A DNA stretch of 62,666 nucleotides, the filler included, from Sphacelaria rigidula (Eukaryota): NCBI GenBank assembly GCA_964200075.2. It is 9 parts of 9 records of this genome, joined end to end, with 100 filler letters (N's around TTAATTAATTAA, not from the genome) between each part and the next. Parts side by side here need not be neighbours in the genome. Positions count along the whole stretch, not along the records: positions 1 to 6,874 come from CAXNAA020017634.1; positions 6,975 to 13,848 come from CAXNAA020017635.1; 7 more parts are not named here. One strand, written 5' to 3'. Shown piece by piece: positions 1 through 12,979 of the stretch (within the stretch, counting starts at the first letter, position 1; each line of letters starts with the position of its first letter). The position numbers were made by a program, and so were the translations under genes. Below the pieces are notes generated by a model. It made no database searches, had not been told where the DNA came from, and saw nothing but the letters and a program-made list of their open reading frames with translations.

Positions 1-2300
1 CTGGTCATCATCCAGGATCCACTATATACTCAATCGTGACGGCGTGATTTCGCCACAAATTCCAAATATTGGTACAAAATCTGTAAATTTATATATCTTC
101 AATAGAGTGTCCTCCTGTTCGAGGTAAATTCCTTTTCACTCGATTTGAATCGAGCGAAAAGGAATTCATTTTGGACAGCAGGACAAGCTATTCAAAACGG
201 ATCTTTTTTTCGCCCAAGTTATTTCGGCATAAAAAAGGATTGATTTCGAACAGCAGAAAAATCTGTTCAAGATCGATCCTTTTCCCGCCTATTTTTGAAA
301 TGAGCGAAAAAAGGATCTATATCGAACAGCTTCTTCTGCTGCGCAAATCCCATGCACACTGGCAGATTCGGAATTTGAACAGCAGAAGAAGCTCGAAATA
401 AATGTTTATTTTTACCTCCAATTCATCCAGAGATTGCGGGAAATTAGATTTTTTGCGAGCAGCGTCAGCTGTTGGGCAAATCCCGCATACTGCATCGTCA
501 CCAGCGCATGGGATCCGACACGCAGAAAACGTTGTTGAAAGGTAGTAATCCTGTTGCCCCCCAGTCCATGTGTACATGGGTTAAAGGATGAATAGCTCTC
601 AACAGCTTTTGCTGAATAGAGATCCCACACGTTGGATACGTGTGTATGTCCACACCTGTGCTTCATCTGAAACCCCTGGGAAGGCGTGGGAAGATGCTGG
701 ACGATCGGGTATACCTCGTCCATCTATGCACATTTTTCACAAAACCCCGTATTCCATCGTCTACCAACACGAACCATGTCAAGAAATTATCGTATATTAA
801 TAGTATATGTAGACCATCACCCCAAGATATATCTATACTCCGTATATATATCACCGCACCCAAATCGAACACCAATGAACGCACCCGCCCGCACAGCAGT
901 ATTATTCTGCCCAGCTATACCACCACAACCCCGCAGCAAAGAGCACGGGTTGGGCACAGGGATATAGACACATACACACTGCCGTGCGGGTGGATATGAT
1001 GTATTTCTCGTTGGTGGAAACTTGAGCACCTTTTTTCATGGTCGCGACATCGCGCGGCGACGACATACGCGGGGTGCGTATAGGCGGGTGCGAGGAACAA
1101 TAATCATCCGGCCGCCTATATTATGCATATACTGTACACACTCACCATATGCATGCTGCGGACGCACCGCGATATAACATAGTGCAGCATACAGGCCGCG
1201 TACGATATGCTGCACGTTGTTCAAGCCCTTTTCACGTCGCACGGTAGGTAGAGAACATACATATACATTGTCCCGCGCTGTCTGTACTGCTCTTTTCCCC
1301 TTCTCTTTCACGCCCTACTTACTGTGCTGCAGCAGCTGTGCGCGCAAATATGCTGTGGAACGCGCGTGAAAAACTGGAGTTTGTGACGGTATATAACACC
1401 CGCCCCATATATCGAAATAAGCTGCAGGCATCTACATTGTATACATAGCCAGTCATCTGCAGTACATGGCGCCGCACGTATAGGCACGGCGGTATAGCGC
1501 ACTGTCCCGCATGCAATGGTATTGTACAGTCCAGTACAGTCTATTGTTGTGAATATATATCCCGAGGACGCAGTATCAACCGAGCGATGAGATGTTTCAT
1601 TATTCCCTGTATATTGTTTTAGTTTCGTCGACGCGGGACTACGGGGTTTTAATCAGGTATATACATCTATCACCGAGGTCAATTGCGATCCCTTATCATG
1701 ACGTCAGCTGCAACAAAAGCTTGCGTGCAGTATGTGGGACTTGAACAGCTGAAGCTGCTCGCGAGCAACTTCTTTCTCCACCCAATTTCAGGTATCCTTG
1801 GTGGTGTACAAACTCCATCTGCTATATACAGTGTATATTGGATTATCTGTACAGCTGAAGCTCTTCGAAATGAATAATTTTCCCAATAAATTCCAAGTTT
1901 GGAATTAGGATTTATTTCGAATAAATCCTTTTTGCCCTATTCCAAGTTTGGAATTAGGATTTATTTCGAACAGCAGCGGCTGTCCAAATTCCAGATTTCC
2001 ATTACACTTGTGCCTCTAAAAACAATTCGGGGGATTTAAATGTTATTGACACGGACCTTCGAGGGCCCCAAAATTCAGAAGTACAAAAAACAATGCAATC
2101 CACAACGACTACCACGCGTAGCTCCGTGTGTAACCGGTTAACTGTATACGATGAAGCCGAGGGTTTGATTCTCCGTCCGACCTAATCAGTTCTTTGTTCC
2201 GCCAGTACCTTGCGCCCGCAGCTGCATGTGGAGGGTAGTGTTTGTGCATAAACACACTGCACGGCATTGCCAGCAGCGATGAACTATTCACGGGGCGGCG

Positions 2301-2403
2301 GAACCCTGTGATGCACACTATTCATGACCACTGTAGAGAAACCCTGTGGAGAGGAACCCTGTGGTGCACACTATTCATGACCACTGCATGGAAACCCTGT
2401 GGA
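2301..2403. repeat. Short tandem duplication (~53-bp unit)
   Basis: gaaccctgtg.tgcacactattcatgaccactg...gaaaccctgtgga occurs twice in tandem. Confidence 0.8.
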
Positions 2404-3489
2404 GCGTCCTGTGCTACGCTGGAAACACTGTACAGTAAAAGTCCCGCCAGAAACACTGCGCAGGGGACGTAAACTCTGTAGACCCCCTCCACAGGGTGCT
2501 ATCTGTCCACGTGTGTATGAGCCAGGACATTTCCACTTTGGAATTTATTCGAGATTTCTTCAGGGCATTGGAATGCAGCTATCGTTGCGCGATCTCACAT
2601 TTTCCATGAGTCGTTGCCATCATGAGGTAAGGGGCTCTGAATACGTGATTTGAAACCTGCTGATCGTTGAGCACAATATCAGCTTGTTCCATTTGCATTA
2701 CATGAAAGTGAGGTTGGGCGTCGAGACACGGCACAACTTGTGTGTGATGATGCCGAAACTTGGAGATTATGATCGTTGATACTACGGAGAGGTATAAATC
2801 ACAGGATCAGTGGCGCAAGCCGCTCAGGGCGCGGTGTGCATTGAAACGGTAGACACCAGCACTGCGCATGTTTCCTCATTAAACACTTGCTGTCTGATGA
2901 CGCTAAGAGCGGGTACGGCATCAGTCGGGCACGCAGCCAGCAACGGACCCGCCTGTCATCCTTATCATGAATCTTAGCACGAGTTTGAATGAACGCTTGA
3001 AGAACCCTAGCTGAAAAGTATCATTTAATGTCCTCTATATATCTGAGGGTTGGGGGTTGAACGTTCCCACTCAAAGTCGCTGGAAAGGTCTAGGTGAAGC
3101 GCCTCCCGCGCGCACAGTGGGATCTGCCGAGCACCCTCGCGGGCGCACCCGACGAGGGGGCGACGTTCCCTCACAGATAGTATCAGGATTTATGGGTTGG
3201 GCGCATGGACGGTCTCGCAATTACGGGAGGCGGGGGAGAGGGGGCTATTATTGTACTGGTTTCGATTGAGAGTACGACCGCATGGGAGCATGTACGTACG
3301 TGAATATTTTGGTGGTTAGCTATCTTTCATTTCGCCGGGGTCTTGCAGAGAATTTTTTATAGTCAACTACTCCGAACACTTGGGGGCTGGACCTTACCCG
3401 CGGATAGACCCATTTTAACCGAACGAGGGGGTCGTCACATCACCGAATGGCGGATCCTATAGATTTGGGGCTTTCGGTAAAATTGCACA

Positions 3490-5500
3490 CTCTGGACAAT
3501 AGACGGCATCTATTGCACTAGCAATAGTACCTGCTGCAGTAGATGCCGATAGTGTCGCTCATAATGGCCATCGATGGGCAAGCTCCTCTTTCTATTGTCG
3601 TCGGCAATGTCTACCGATTCACCAGTTTCCCACGATGTTGTCCGGGCAGCAGTCTGTTGTGGCCCTACACCGAAATCGATTGCGGCCGACCCAATGTATC
3701 GATGGATAGTTTTTCAAATCTACTGATTACGGTAATGGCTACCGATAGACCGCGTGTGCCACATCTACTGATGGCGACGACGGCTATTGACAGATTGTAC
3801 ACGAAATCTAGTAAGGACGTCAATGAATATCGATAGATACAAACTAGAATCTACTGCGGTATGCAACGTTTACCGAAAGATTTTTTCTGACGTCTATTGC
3901 CACACCTGACTACTGCCGAGATAGCCCCCCCCACAAAAAGTGCAATAGAGCCGTCCAACAAACCAGCTGTGATCCTACTATTGGGCTCGTTTGCAGCAAT
4001 TTCGCTCACATGAAAGGCGTGTAGCAGTCCGAAATCAGCTATAACGCCCAAATGCGTCGTGTCGTGAAACACGAAACCAGCTCTAACGGCGTTTATGATC
4101 ATCGCCCCCATGCACGTTTTCGGCCGGTTCCGGGGGGGGGGCTATCTCGGCAGCAGTCACCTATATCACCACACACTGCGTGTAGAGCATATTATTCTCA
4201 GTTAAGGAAAAAAGTCGCAGATGGACATGCAGTGGGTATATTACATGCCACTACTTGTTAATATATGACGTCACGTTTCTGCAGTTTTGGAACGCTCGTA
4301 TTTTGTAGGAATCCGCAATATGTGTGGACAAAAGTTTACAAGTAAGTGTTGTTGTTGGTGTGGTGTTGGTACTTTTGGTTGTCCATCTGATGGACATGAG
4401 CGCTTACAGGACTTTTGTGTGTGGGCAAGATGTGCTTATATACCCTGGACAATAGACTATGTGATAAAACATTGGCGCTGCAATAGCTCCGAAAATTTGG
4501 CTATCAATGTTCGTTGTCAGTCATAATCGACTGGCATCATTGTCTATCGATAGCTTCTGTAGGCGACAATAGATTCGAGACAAGGGGCAGAATGGATCAT
4601 TCCTATGACACTGGAGGGGCCACGTTATCTATCGATGCTTTTCATTTGTTGCAATAGGCGCTGAAATGAGGTCACCAATGTCGATTGCTAATCACAAAAG
4701 GATCTCCCACATGGCCATGGATACATATTGTCGGCCACAATAGGATCTGAATTGTGCCCACCAACGTCTCTTGAGGGCCACAACATCATCTGAATCGCGG
4801 CCGCCAGTGTATATCGCTGGTGACAATGCAATCTGACTCGCGGCCAACAATATCTATTGCTGACCACAACAGTAGCTGAATGGCGTCGCTCATAAGCTAT
4901 GTATGCACATTTTTCGGTGGAAACATTATTCTGCAGAAGCTCTGACCAGCTATCGCCTCACATAGTTTTGTGTTCATGTGTGAGGGGTATTGCCGTTGAT
5001 GTCATAAGACCACTGCAGTGGGCAATATATTTATCAAATCCTATCGTCGGCGTCACGAGCTATCGATAGGTGATCCCGACAACAATCGATTGGTAACGGC
5101 AATGGCCATATTGATATATACCCGAAAATGCATTGTTGGCGGCAGAGGCTACCGATAGTCAGCTCACCAAATCCATTGATGACGGGAAATGGTACTGATA
5201 GATGGCTCACCTAATCTATTGACGACGACAATGACTATCGATTGATGGCTCACCCATTGTCGGCAGTGACTATCGATGGATGGCTCACCAATCCTATTGA
5301 TTATAGCAATGGCTATCAATATATACATCCCAGGATCTTTTGCGGTATACGATTTCCATCGATGGCAAGTGGTTTTCATATTTGGATTTGCCAAAATAGG
5401 CTATCGATCGAAAATTGCGACATCTATTTTCCCTTGCGATACATATCAATAAATGTGTTCCACCATTTATCGTGGTCGATAATATACATCGATAGGTTTT
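3490..5500. repeat. Degenerate array rich in the ATCGAT/CTATCGATAG palindrome, with ~40-bp tandem units at 5160-5320
   Basis: About a dozen ATCGAT sites and many CTATTG/CAATAG words in 2 kb; repeated gatggctcacc units; no credible ORF. Confidence 0.6.
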
Positions 5501-6025
5501 CTCTCGCGTTTATTGCTCAACCGATGAACTATTATTGTGTCCATTGTTCAGAGTGTGTAAAATTGTAATGAAGAGGTGATAAGTTGTTCCAGGTTTCTTT
5601 CAATAGCATTGAGATTGCTTGTGAAGCGCAAGTATCATTATAATTGTTATGATTCGAACAGTGACAACGCAGTTTATTATCGCTGGTCGTTCAAACTGCA
5701 ACATGGGACAAATTGAACTCGAGACCTGCACACTAGTCCTGCCTACTACCCTCACGAGAGGCCTTTCAGTTGAAAGTCACTTTGCTGTTGCGTACTACTC
5801 CTAGCACTGCAGCATCGGGGAGGGCGGACGCTGTGAGTAAGCGCCATCCTAGCTCTTCTAGCCTGAACCCAACGAGAAATATCACCACGTGAAAAACGGC
5901 TGAGGCCTCGAGGTTCGGCTACACGCAGCACGGGACACTGCGAATGCTCTGTAAGCGTCATCCACGTGGGCTCGTTCTAAATGGAAAAACCACGAGGAAC
6001 TCACTGTAATGCGTGAGAGGACCAG

Positions 6026-6181
6026 GTGCTTAGAGGACCGCACCGCAGTTCAGAACACCTCAGGATCGAAATTTTCAAAACCAATCGTGCCAGCCCCTGC
6101 AACGACCACGCCGCTGACCCTAACCCTCACCCTCATCCTAACCATAGAGATGTTCGAATTCCGATGCGGTCCTCTAAGCAC
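6026..6181. mobile_element. MITE-like element with ~34-bp TIRs and an internal CCCTAA-like telomeric tract
   Basis: gtgcttagaggaccgcaccgcagttcagaacacct pairs with agatgttcgaattccgatgcggtcctctaagcac; internal ccctaaccctcaccctcatcctaacc. Confidence 0.75.
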
Positions 6182-6516
6182 GCGATCCTCTCACGCATCA
6201 CACCCACTACACAATCATGGACACAGACCTCAACAGCCGGGCTGAACAAAAGAAATAATACAAGTATCCGAGAACAAGATGAGATAAAAACAAAAGCAGG
6301 GCACGCCGCGCCTGAGTCGTGTCTTCAAGTGACCCACTGCCACAATGTGCACAACCGATTTGCTCTCGTACTTGCTGGCACGGTTTCAAACCTTCTAGTA
6401 TAGCTAAATTGAATAAAGGCACCACATGAATACTGTCTTACTCGACGCAAGTATTGTCATACGTGAGGGGGAATGCCAACAAGCACGCCAGGTACGCACA
6501 CAAGTGAAGCACTTAC

Positions 6517-6756
6517 AAAACGCGCGGCAGAACGTCTATGAAGTAGTTGATGGCCTCAACTTCGCTCTCAAGTTCTTTATCGCTCTCGGATATTCCACTG
6601 TCTCCTGGTTTCCTGTTTCCTTCCAAGACATTCAGGGTACCGGGTGGAGACAGCACCCATAGCTTGCGACCAGACAAGAGGGTGTTCCATGCGCTGGTTC
6701 CCATTGGGTCGATGTGCACGATACTACCGGAGCGCTTGGGTCCCACCAACAGCCAC
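6517..6756 (-). CDS. JMJD6: Internal exon of a JMJD6-like JmjC-domain 2-oxoglutarate/Fe(II) oxygenase
   Basis: RWLLVGPKRSGSIVHIDPMGTSAWNTLLSGRKLWVLSPP matches the JMJD6 JmjC core, including the HxD metal ligands. 240-bp exon bounded by acceptor ataaacAG and donor GTAAGT, same phase at both ends. Rest of the gene not identified. Confidence 0.88.
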
Positions 6757-6874
6757 CTGTTTATTGCATTTTGAGGCACACGTTTGTTTATTCACCGACG
6801 AGACAGGGGTACATCAGGATTGGAAATGACGAACCCCAACCCCCTACGAACCCTCTTTTTGGACCCGATTTTTC

Positions 6875-6974
6875 NNNNNNNNNNNNNNNNNNNNNNNNNN
6901 NNNNNNNNNNNNNNNNNNTTAATTAATTAANNNNNNNNNNNNNNNNNNNNNNNNNNNNNNNNNNNNNNNNNNNN
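6875..6974. other. Artificial scaffold linker (N44-TTAATTAATTAA-N44); also at 13849-13948, 20823-20922, 27797-27896, 34771-34870, 41745-41844, 48719-48818, 55693-55792
   Basis: Identical 100-bp spacers carrying stops in all six frames, recurring every 6,974 bp; 9x6874 + 8x100 = 62666. Confidence 0.99.
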
Positions 6975-7149
6975 GGGGGACAAGCCAGTGGGGTTTCGCC
7001 CACCCCAACCAAAAAAAAGGGGCACCCCCCCCCCCCCCCCCCCCCCCGGGGCCACAGACGGCGAAACAGGACAGGGATAAGAGAAAGATGTGTAAAAGGT
7101 TTTTGTGAAGGGTATGGAAACAGTGCAATGAGCACTGAAATGTTGGGAG

Positions 7150-7245
7150 GTCTCTCTATTAGGCGTAGGAATGGTGCTCCGTCTCGAAAGGGATGCGCGG
7201 TCAATGGTTCAACGACCAAGGCAAGCAACAAATGAGTATGCCCCC
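7150..7245. repeat. Dispersed repeat; reverse-complement copies at ~34690-34770 and ~40095-40180
   Basis: atggtgctccgtctcgaaagggatgcgcggtcaatgg...aaatgagtatgcccccc recurs on three scaffolds. Confidence 0.7.
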
Positions 7246-7285
7246 CTCCCCCCTCTTTCACTCCTTCCGTTCTTGTTTTACGTAG

Positions 7286-7522
7286 ATGGGAACCATGATG
7301 GACGATGCTGTTGGGTTCCTTGTTGGTCCCGAGCTCGTGCGCCCCGGAGCATCGTCTGCAACCGCCGTTGCCACCGCTGCCGCCGAAACTGCTGCCGCCG
7401 CAGCAGCGGCCGCCCCCCCCGCGAGGCCAGCACCTACAGTTGGGAGCGACGGCAGCAGGGTTGCGGCGGGGTCGGACGGACGAGGGAAGGAGGTCGACCC
7501 AGGAATACTGCGCGCCGAGGAG
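7286..7522 (+). CDS. Probable internal exon, Ala-rich low-complexity protein of unknown function
   Basis: Pyrimidine tract plus TAG acceptor at 7285, GAG|GTAAGT donor, 237 bp (79 codons, phase 0/0), GC-rich coding-like composition. Confidence 0.55.
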
Positions 7523-8474
7523 GTAAGTGGATCAACCGCCGTGAAATACTGGGGCAAGGCGAAAGCGGTCGATTTCGTCGGGTGAAATCATCTTGGTGGA
7601 GCTGTGCCCGGCGCGCGTGCCTTCTCAGATATACGGGTATGCAAAGTGATGGACGGGCACCTCCTCTGACCCATAGGTTGTATGTGAGATCAAAAGCAGA
7701 AACTATGCGCTGGAACGGTGCGAGGGGGAAATCTTCGCCTTCTTCAAGGAAACCTGTGACGTTTCCTCCAAGAGCCGTGCTCCCTTACTTCCCCCCCCCA
7801 CCTCGCGTGATGTTTTCGGGGGAAACCCTTATTCATCACAGCCCAAATTCGGATTTCTGACCGCGATTTCACCCCCTGATATTGATTTATAACAGCCCAG
7901 ACAACGTCAAATATTCTTTCCGAATAAAAGGTAGAGTTCTGACCGTTGGTTCCGAGCCAAATACGGCTGTGTCGCAGGTCGGGCAGCACCCGGGCAGCAC
8001 CTTCCCATATATGTACATATTCTGGATAATGATTTAGTACAGCGGCGATAAAGTGGAAAATAGTACAGCAACATGCGTAACCCCCCTTAACGCCCCCTAC
8101 GGCATTCAGTATCATGAACGCACCCCCCTCTCGCCGCTTTTTCCCGATTCGAAGGTTTTGGAGGTATGGCTTTTGGAAAATGTCGCTACGGGCCCCCTCG
8201 CCCCCTCAGTTGTTTTCCCTTTCCCGTTGACGGGGTACGCTTGAACGTAAGGGTGCGGATGTGCTACGGGATTGCCAAGGGGAATATGACAGTCAAGATA
8301 TCGCCATCAAGAACCGATGTTGCTGGATTGTTCCACCTCACACCATCGTAGACAAGGCATGCGGAAGCGAGAACACCGGTTCTAGTCGCCGTGGTAGCAC
8401 TGTGGATCCCCTCCGTCGTCCACCTGTGACTGTGGAGCCAGCGTGTTCGTCACACAAAGCAATCGCACACCGTA

Positions 8475-8521
8475 TGCATGCATGTATGTATGTATGTATG
8501 TATGTATGTATGTGTATGTAT
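8475..8521. repeat. (TATG)n microsatellite
   Basis: Direct reading. Confidence 0.95.
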
Positions 8522-9363
8522 TGGATCGCAGACTGCTTACTGCCGAGACCGGTCTTAGGTGTCTATCGTTGATTGTTTGGTTAAAATGCAAGGGGTCACA
8601 AAAGCACCGCCCATCATCGACACGAAATATTATGTTCCTTCCCCTGTACTGCAATTTTGTCGTGCACTCTTCTGCCCTTCGTGCGTGAACGCATGCACCG
8701 CTGCATGCCTCGTCCCTACTACTCCGCCAATGGCAGATGCGCAGGTGCCGCTGTTGTAATAACTGTGGTCTAACGATGTCGCGAAACGTATATCATATTT
8801 CGATCAAATTCTACCCCGAAATAATCTTTATCTTTACGTATTGATTTTTTTAATTGATTGATTTGGTGAATTGGTTGATTATTTATCGCACATTCGCTGT
8901 TCCCCCCCGGGATCCAGTCATGGTCACAAAATAGACGTACACAAGGTAAAAAAAGCGGAAACTCCTGCTGAAGAAAGTGAAAAAAACATAAAGGTGGAAC
9001 GGACAGAGTAGAGTGAAAAGAGAGAGAGAGAGAGAGAGAAAGCAAACACACCGACAAAGTAACAAAGTAACAAACAAAATAACAAACGAGACGAAGACAT
9101 TTGCTTTTTTTCCAACTCGAAATTGCGGGCCTCTGCAACATGGCCTTTGGTGGGAAAAAGGTCTTGCTCAAACAAACGCTCATACACGCGTGATGCCCAA
9201 ACGAAAGGGAAGAACAAAACTGGGGAACAGGTTGCGGCTCATCTTTTTCGGCGACACTGGTTCGGGTATGAGCTCTCACTCATGAACTTTACGGAGCGAG
9301 GCACCAAAGTGCAACATGCATACACCGGGAGGAAAGAAATACATCCAGAGAGTGAGATGTGAA

Positions 9364-9738
9364 GTGTGTTGTGCTGTCACCCCATCTTTTCTGGACGCCA
9401 CCGGTCTACACCTTTCGGTTCATATGGATGCATCAGCCAGCCGGGGTCACAAAGGAGAAAGCTCAACGCGGGAGTTTTTTTTTGTTGTTGTAATTCTGTC
9501 AGTACTCCACCGTCGTTGTGCCGCGCTTGCCTTTCGTTCTATCGCGAGAGGAGTTCAATGAACCCTTTCCCTCTCGTCGACCGTAAAGTCGAATTTTGTG
9601 TACCCACCACATTGCCGCTCTCCCCTGTTGGGCATGATGTGAGAAAAAACCCAGGTCGTGTGACTTCCACGTAGGTTCGAACCCACGACCCAACCGTCGA
9701 AAGCTTTCGAGGTTACCCACTAAGCCACAGGGAAAACC
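9364..9738 (-). mobile_element. tRNA-derived SINE family 1
   Basis: Minus strand begins with A-box-like (TGGCTTAGTGG) and B-box-like (GGTTCGAACC) motifs; body and CA-rich tail shared with 29424-29765, 47453-47622, 55246-55392 and 55793-56152. Confidence 0.8.
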
Positions 9739-10510
9739 CAGAGTATATACACATATTTATTTTCCTGGGTCAAACATCGCCGCCATAAGCTGGACGGGTG
9801 AAGTTAATCAAAACTGTGCTGCCTCCCCATGCCCTCGGCCACGCCCACCCCCTTCACAACACCGCATTCCTCTCTTCCTCAACTCAACCGGTATCATCGG
9901 CTTGGCAGGCACTAGCACTGGCGGGTATGATGTGGAAGCACATGTCGGAGAACAGTAACATCCCGACTTCGTCTTGGGGCATGGAAGGCGTTCCCCGCAG
10001 CAGGCGTATGTCCCAGACATCCTCTCACCCAGTCCAAGTGCTGGAAGATGGGGGGGCGGTGGCAAGGGCGGCGGCGGGCGGGACCCCGGGGTTACCGTTG
10101 ACACAGCACCGCGATAGTAAGTGGGCGACAAAGTGCTCCCTAATTTGTTCAGTTTATTTATTGATTGCATAACCACGACTGATTCAAGCAGGCGCAAAGA
10201 AAAGCTAATGGTTCGCTCGCTATTCAGATGTAATTCATCGTAGCGACTGTAGAATCTGGTGAAGTAACTGGGGTTTGCTCCCCTGAAAGCCCCCTGCCTC
10301 TGACTACGGGCTTCGGAACTACACAGTGGTAAGTTGTTTGCCACCCGTCAGAGTCGTGCAGTTATTTGAAGTAGTGCATTCTCTGGTCGTCAGGCTGTTA
10401 CAGTTATCCCGTATGCGTGCTTGGTTGTCATCTCATAGTTCATGTCCCCAAATTGACGTCATACAAAAATTTATTGCCGTTGTCGTTGTCGTTGTTATTG
10501 TTGTTGCTGT

Positions 10511-10569
<59 letters not shown>
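10511..10569. repeat. (GAT)n microsatellite preceded by a GTT/GTC-rich tract
   Basis: Direct reading; explains the poly-D/M/S ORFs in the track. Confidence 0.95.
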
Positions 10570-11084
10570 TTATTGTTCTGTTCACATAAAAACGGTCTAC
10601 GACATCTGCGCAGTACCTTTCAACTTCCGTACTGGGCATCTGGTGCGGACGCCTTTCCTTTTTTTTTTTATTGTGCCTGACTACACCCTGACTGGCTTTG
10701 TACCCGCTCAGAGTTTAGTGCTTGCATCTAAGGCCGCAGTGTTTTACTTATTCGCCGCTTCTTGCACATTTCTTCGCGTCGTGGGGACATTTTCAGCACC
10801 ATCGCGGTCCGGACGAAGGTCGAGCGTAGATTTGCTGGCAGGAAATGCTGCGGCAGCTACGGCGGAGGTTACATCTGTGTCAGGCCCCGCGCGAAGGTTT
10901 TCTGCCTCTCAGGTAAACCTGCTAAGTAAACGTTGAAGGAGCGCCTGGGATATTGATTCGCCTTTGGCGCCTTGTCTTCATGTGAGCAAACAACGAACAG
11001 CGCGTGAAGAAAAAACAAACCGCTGGTGAAAAGTCTCCCCTATCTCTCAGTTGCAAAGGTTTCAAGTTGTCTGTGCGGCTTACG

Positions 11085-11376
11085 CATTGGTCGTAAAAAT
11101 GGTCGTCTTACTTGGCTCAAGATTGAAAACCGATATCAGGATCTTTGAAGGGGCTGACGGTCCGAAGTACGCCTAGCTTGCTCAGAACGTGCTTTTGTCC
11201 CAATCGGCACCGCAGTCAAGTCTACCAGCAGCGCACACTTTACCTTGGGCAGCCCTGGCATCCCCTTAGCCCGAGAGTTCTCGTATGGCTCGGGTCGGCG
11301 TTAGGGTTAGGGTTGGCGTTGGCTCGAATCGTAAATTTCCGAGAACGCTTTTTGTCAACCATTTTTACGACCAATG
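11085..11376. mobile_element. Telomere-motif cassette element, copy A (19-bp IR CATTGGTCGTAAAAATGGT)
   Basis: Perfect 19-bp inverted repeats; core homologous to 27296-27624 and 30219-30524, ending ggtcggcgttagggttagggttggcgtt. Confidence 0.8.
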
Positions 11377-11904
11377 TATATGCACGACTCCACGTTGCCA
11401 AGGTTTGGAACAGCCATTGCCTTCCCCCGTTCTACGTTGAGGTGTACCGTCGGCATTGAGTATCTTTTATTGAGACTTCTAGAGAAGCTAAGCACTTTTG
11501 ATCATATATTTTCTTCGCCCCCCTCACGCCCCCCCCCGCACCCCATACCTCTCTAGGGCTCAGGAGGGTGTACCCTGGCCGAATGGAGTCGGACCCTCGA
11601 GGACATGGGGCTGTTCCGAAGACGCGAGGTCCCTCTACCGAGCGCTGTCGAGGTATAGACGTGCATTTCATGTTTCCGCACAGCGATTGGTCACCCTGTT
11701 GAGGCGCTACACAAGTTGACTAACGAGTCATGCTGCGGTAGGGGTTGCGTATTTGGGCCCAGATCTTTCTCATCCAGGGGCTCCTACCCGATAATATGGG
11801 TCAGAAAATTCCCGTTTTTAAAACTTATCGGGATATCCCGAGCTCCCTAGCACAATGGAATGCTAATCGTGTCGTGCTCCCACATGCGACTATGGTGCCT
11901 TGAT

Positions 11905-12199
11905 ATGGAGAATCTGGGATACGATTGAGAGTGAGAAGCTGTCGATTAATACACGAAATGGTGTCAGTTCCGAAATGTCCCTCCGGGCCTCATAGGCGAC
12001 CCGATACACTTTCTATGGTAGCTTGCCACTGAAGCCTTTGATATCCCTGAGTACGATATCGACGTGTAGCTGTAAGCACACGGCAGTGTTGCAGGCAAAG
12101 AGAAGCACACACGAAATGAAAAACTTGGTCAAGTTATTAGAGTAAATGATAAAACTCATTCTCAATCACCGCGGGACTCTCATTCTCACGAAAATATTG
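11905..12199. mobile_element. MITE family with CAATATTTTCGTGAGA-type TIR (partial copy)
   Basis: Reverse-complement homology to 59200-59505; a further fragment at ~41602-41744. Confidence 0.7.
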
Positions 12200-12979
12200 C
12201 TATATTTTACGGGCCGTTTTCGAAATGAGATGAAGGGTTCCTAACGATTCAAACCTCAGAAAGTATTTGTACCCCTCTAGCGTTGCGCCACTGTAACGCA
12301 GAGTTCGGGGTGTGACCCACTCCACGTCCCTCTCTGAACCCAACGGGCCTATTGGCGAGGCTACACGGTCGTGGGTTGGATTGACGGAGCCGAACAAGGA
12401 ATCGGTTAGAGACTTGGGCACAGCAAGGGTACATCGTACCGGTTTATAGCATTATATGTATAGTAAACCGTTGTTGGATGTTCTTTCCATGGGTGTCGTG
12501 TGCAGGATAGCGCACTTCCCGCAACCCAAGCGTGCTTCGAATATTTTACGAAGACGGCTGTAAATAGTTATTAGGTGTATCGGCGATCGTGCTCCAAATA
12601 CCGCACGCACCTCCTTCGATCATGCCTCTCTCAGTTCCTACCCGTACCCTCCTTTTATCATTTGGCCACATGCAGTGTCGGCCAGCTGAGTAGAGGTCCT
12701 AGCTCTGTTGTGATTTTATCTGCACATCATTGTCACGTTGTGACCTCGTCGCCGCACCTTCGGTGTTGCCTTGTTGATCAGCACGTCAAGTCTTTCCGTT
12801 TTGTGTATCTTGAGTACCGTCTATCTAATGACTGACGACCACGGCTGGATACCTCGGTGACCATATAGTGTGTGCGACAATCAAACCAATAATGGAACCG
12901 GTCCGTTAATCTCCCAGCATATGTTTCAGCGCCATCTGAGTGTTTCTTTTTTTTTCTAATTATTTGTCGCACTTTCAAC

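Noticed and set aside
2890-2920. Hammerhead ribozyme (CTGATGA followed by the CGCT-AAG-AGCG stem)
   Set aside because: The required GAAA after stem II is missing (GGTAC follows) and I could not build stems I and III.
5752-6425. Further exons of the JmjC gene
   Set aside because: Acceptor-like sites exist, but no frame gives the expected distal JmjC motif (PGE..FVP.GWWH).
6919-6930. TTAATTAATTAA as a biological palindrome or piggyBac site
   Set aside because: It is the synthetic six-frame stop inside the N linkers.
10326-10680. Poly-Asp/Met/Ser ORFs; likewise the poly-Cys ORF at 16604-16858 and GA-rich ORFs at 15538-16343
   Set aside because: Products of microsatellites and low-complexity DNA.
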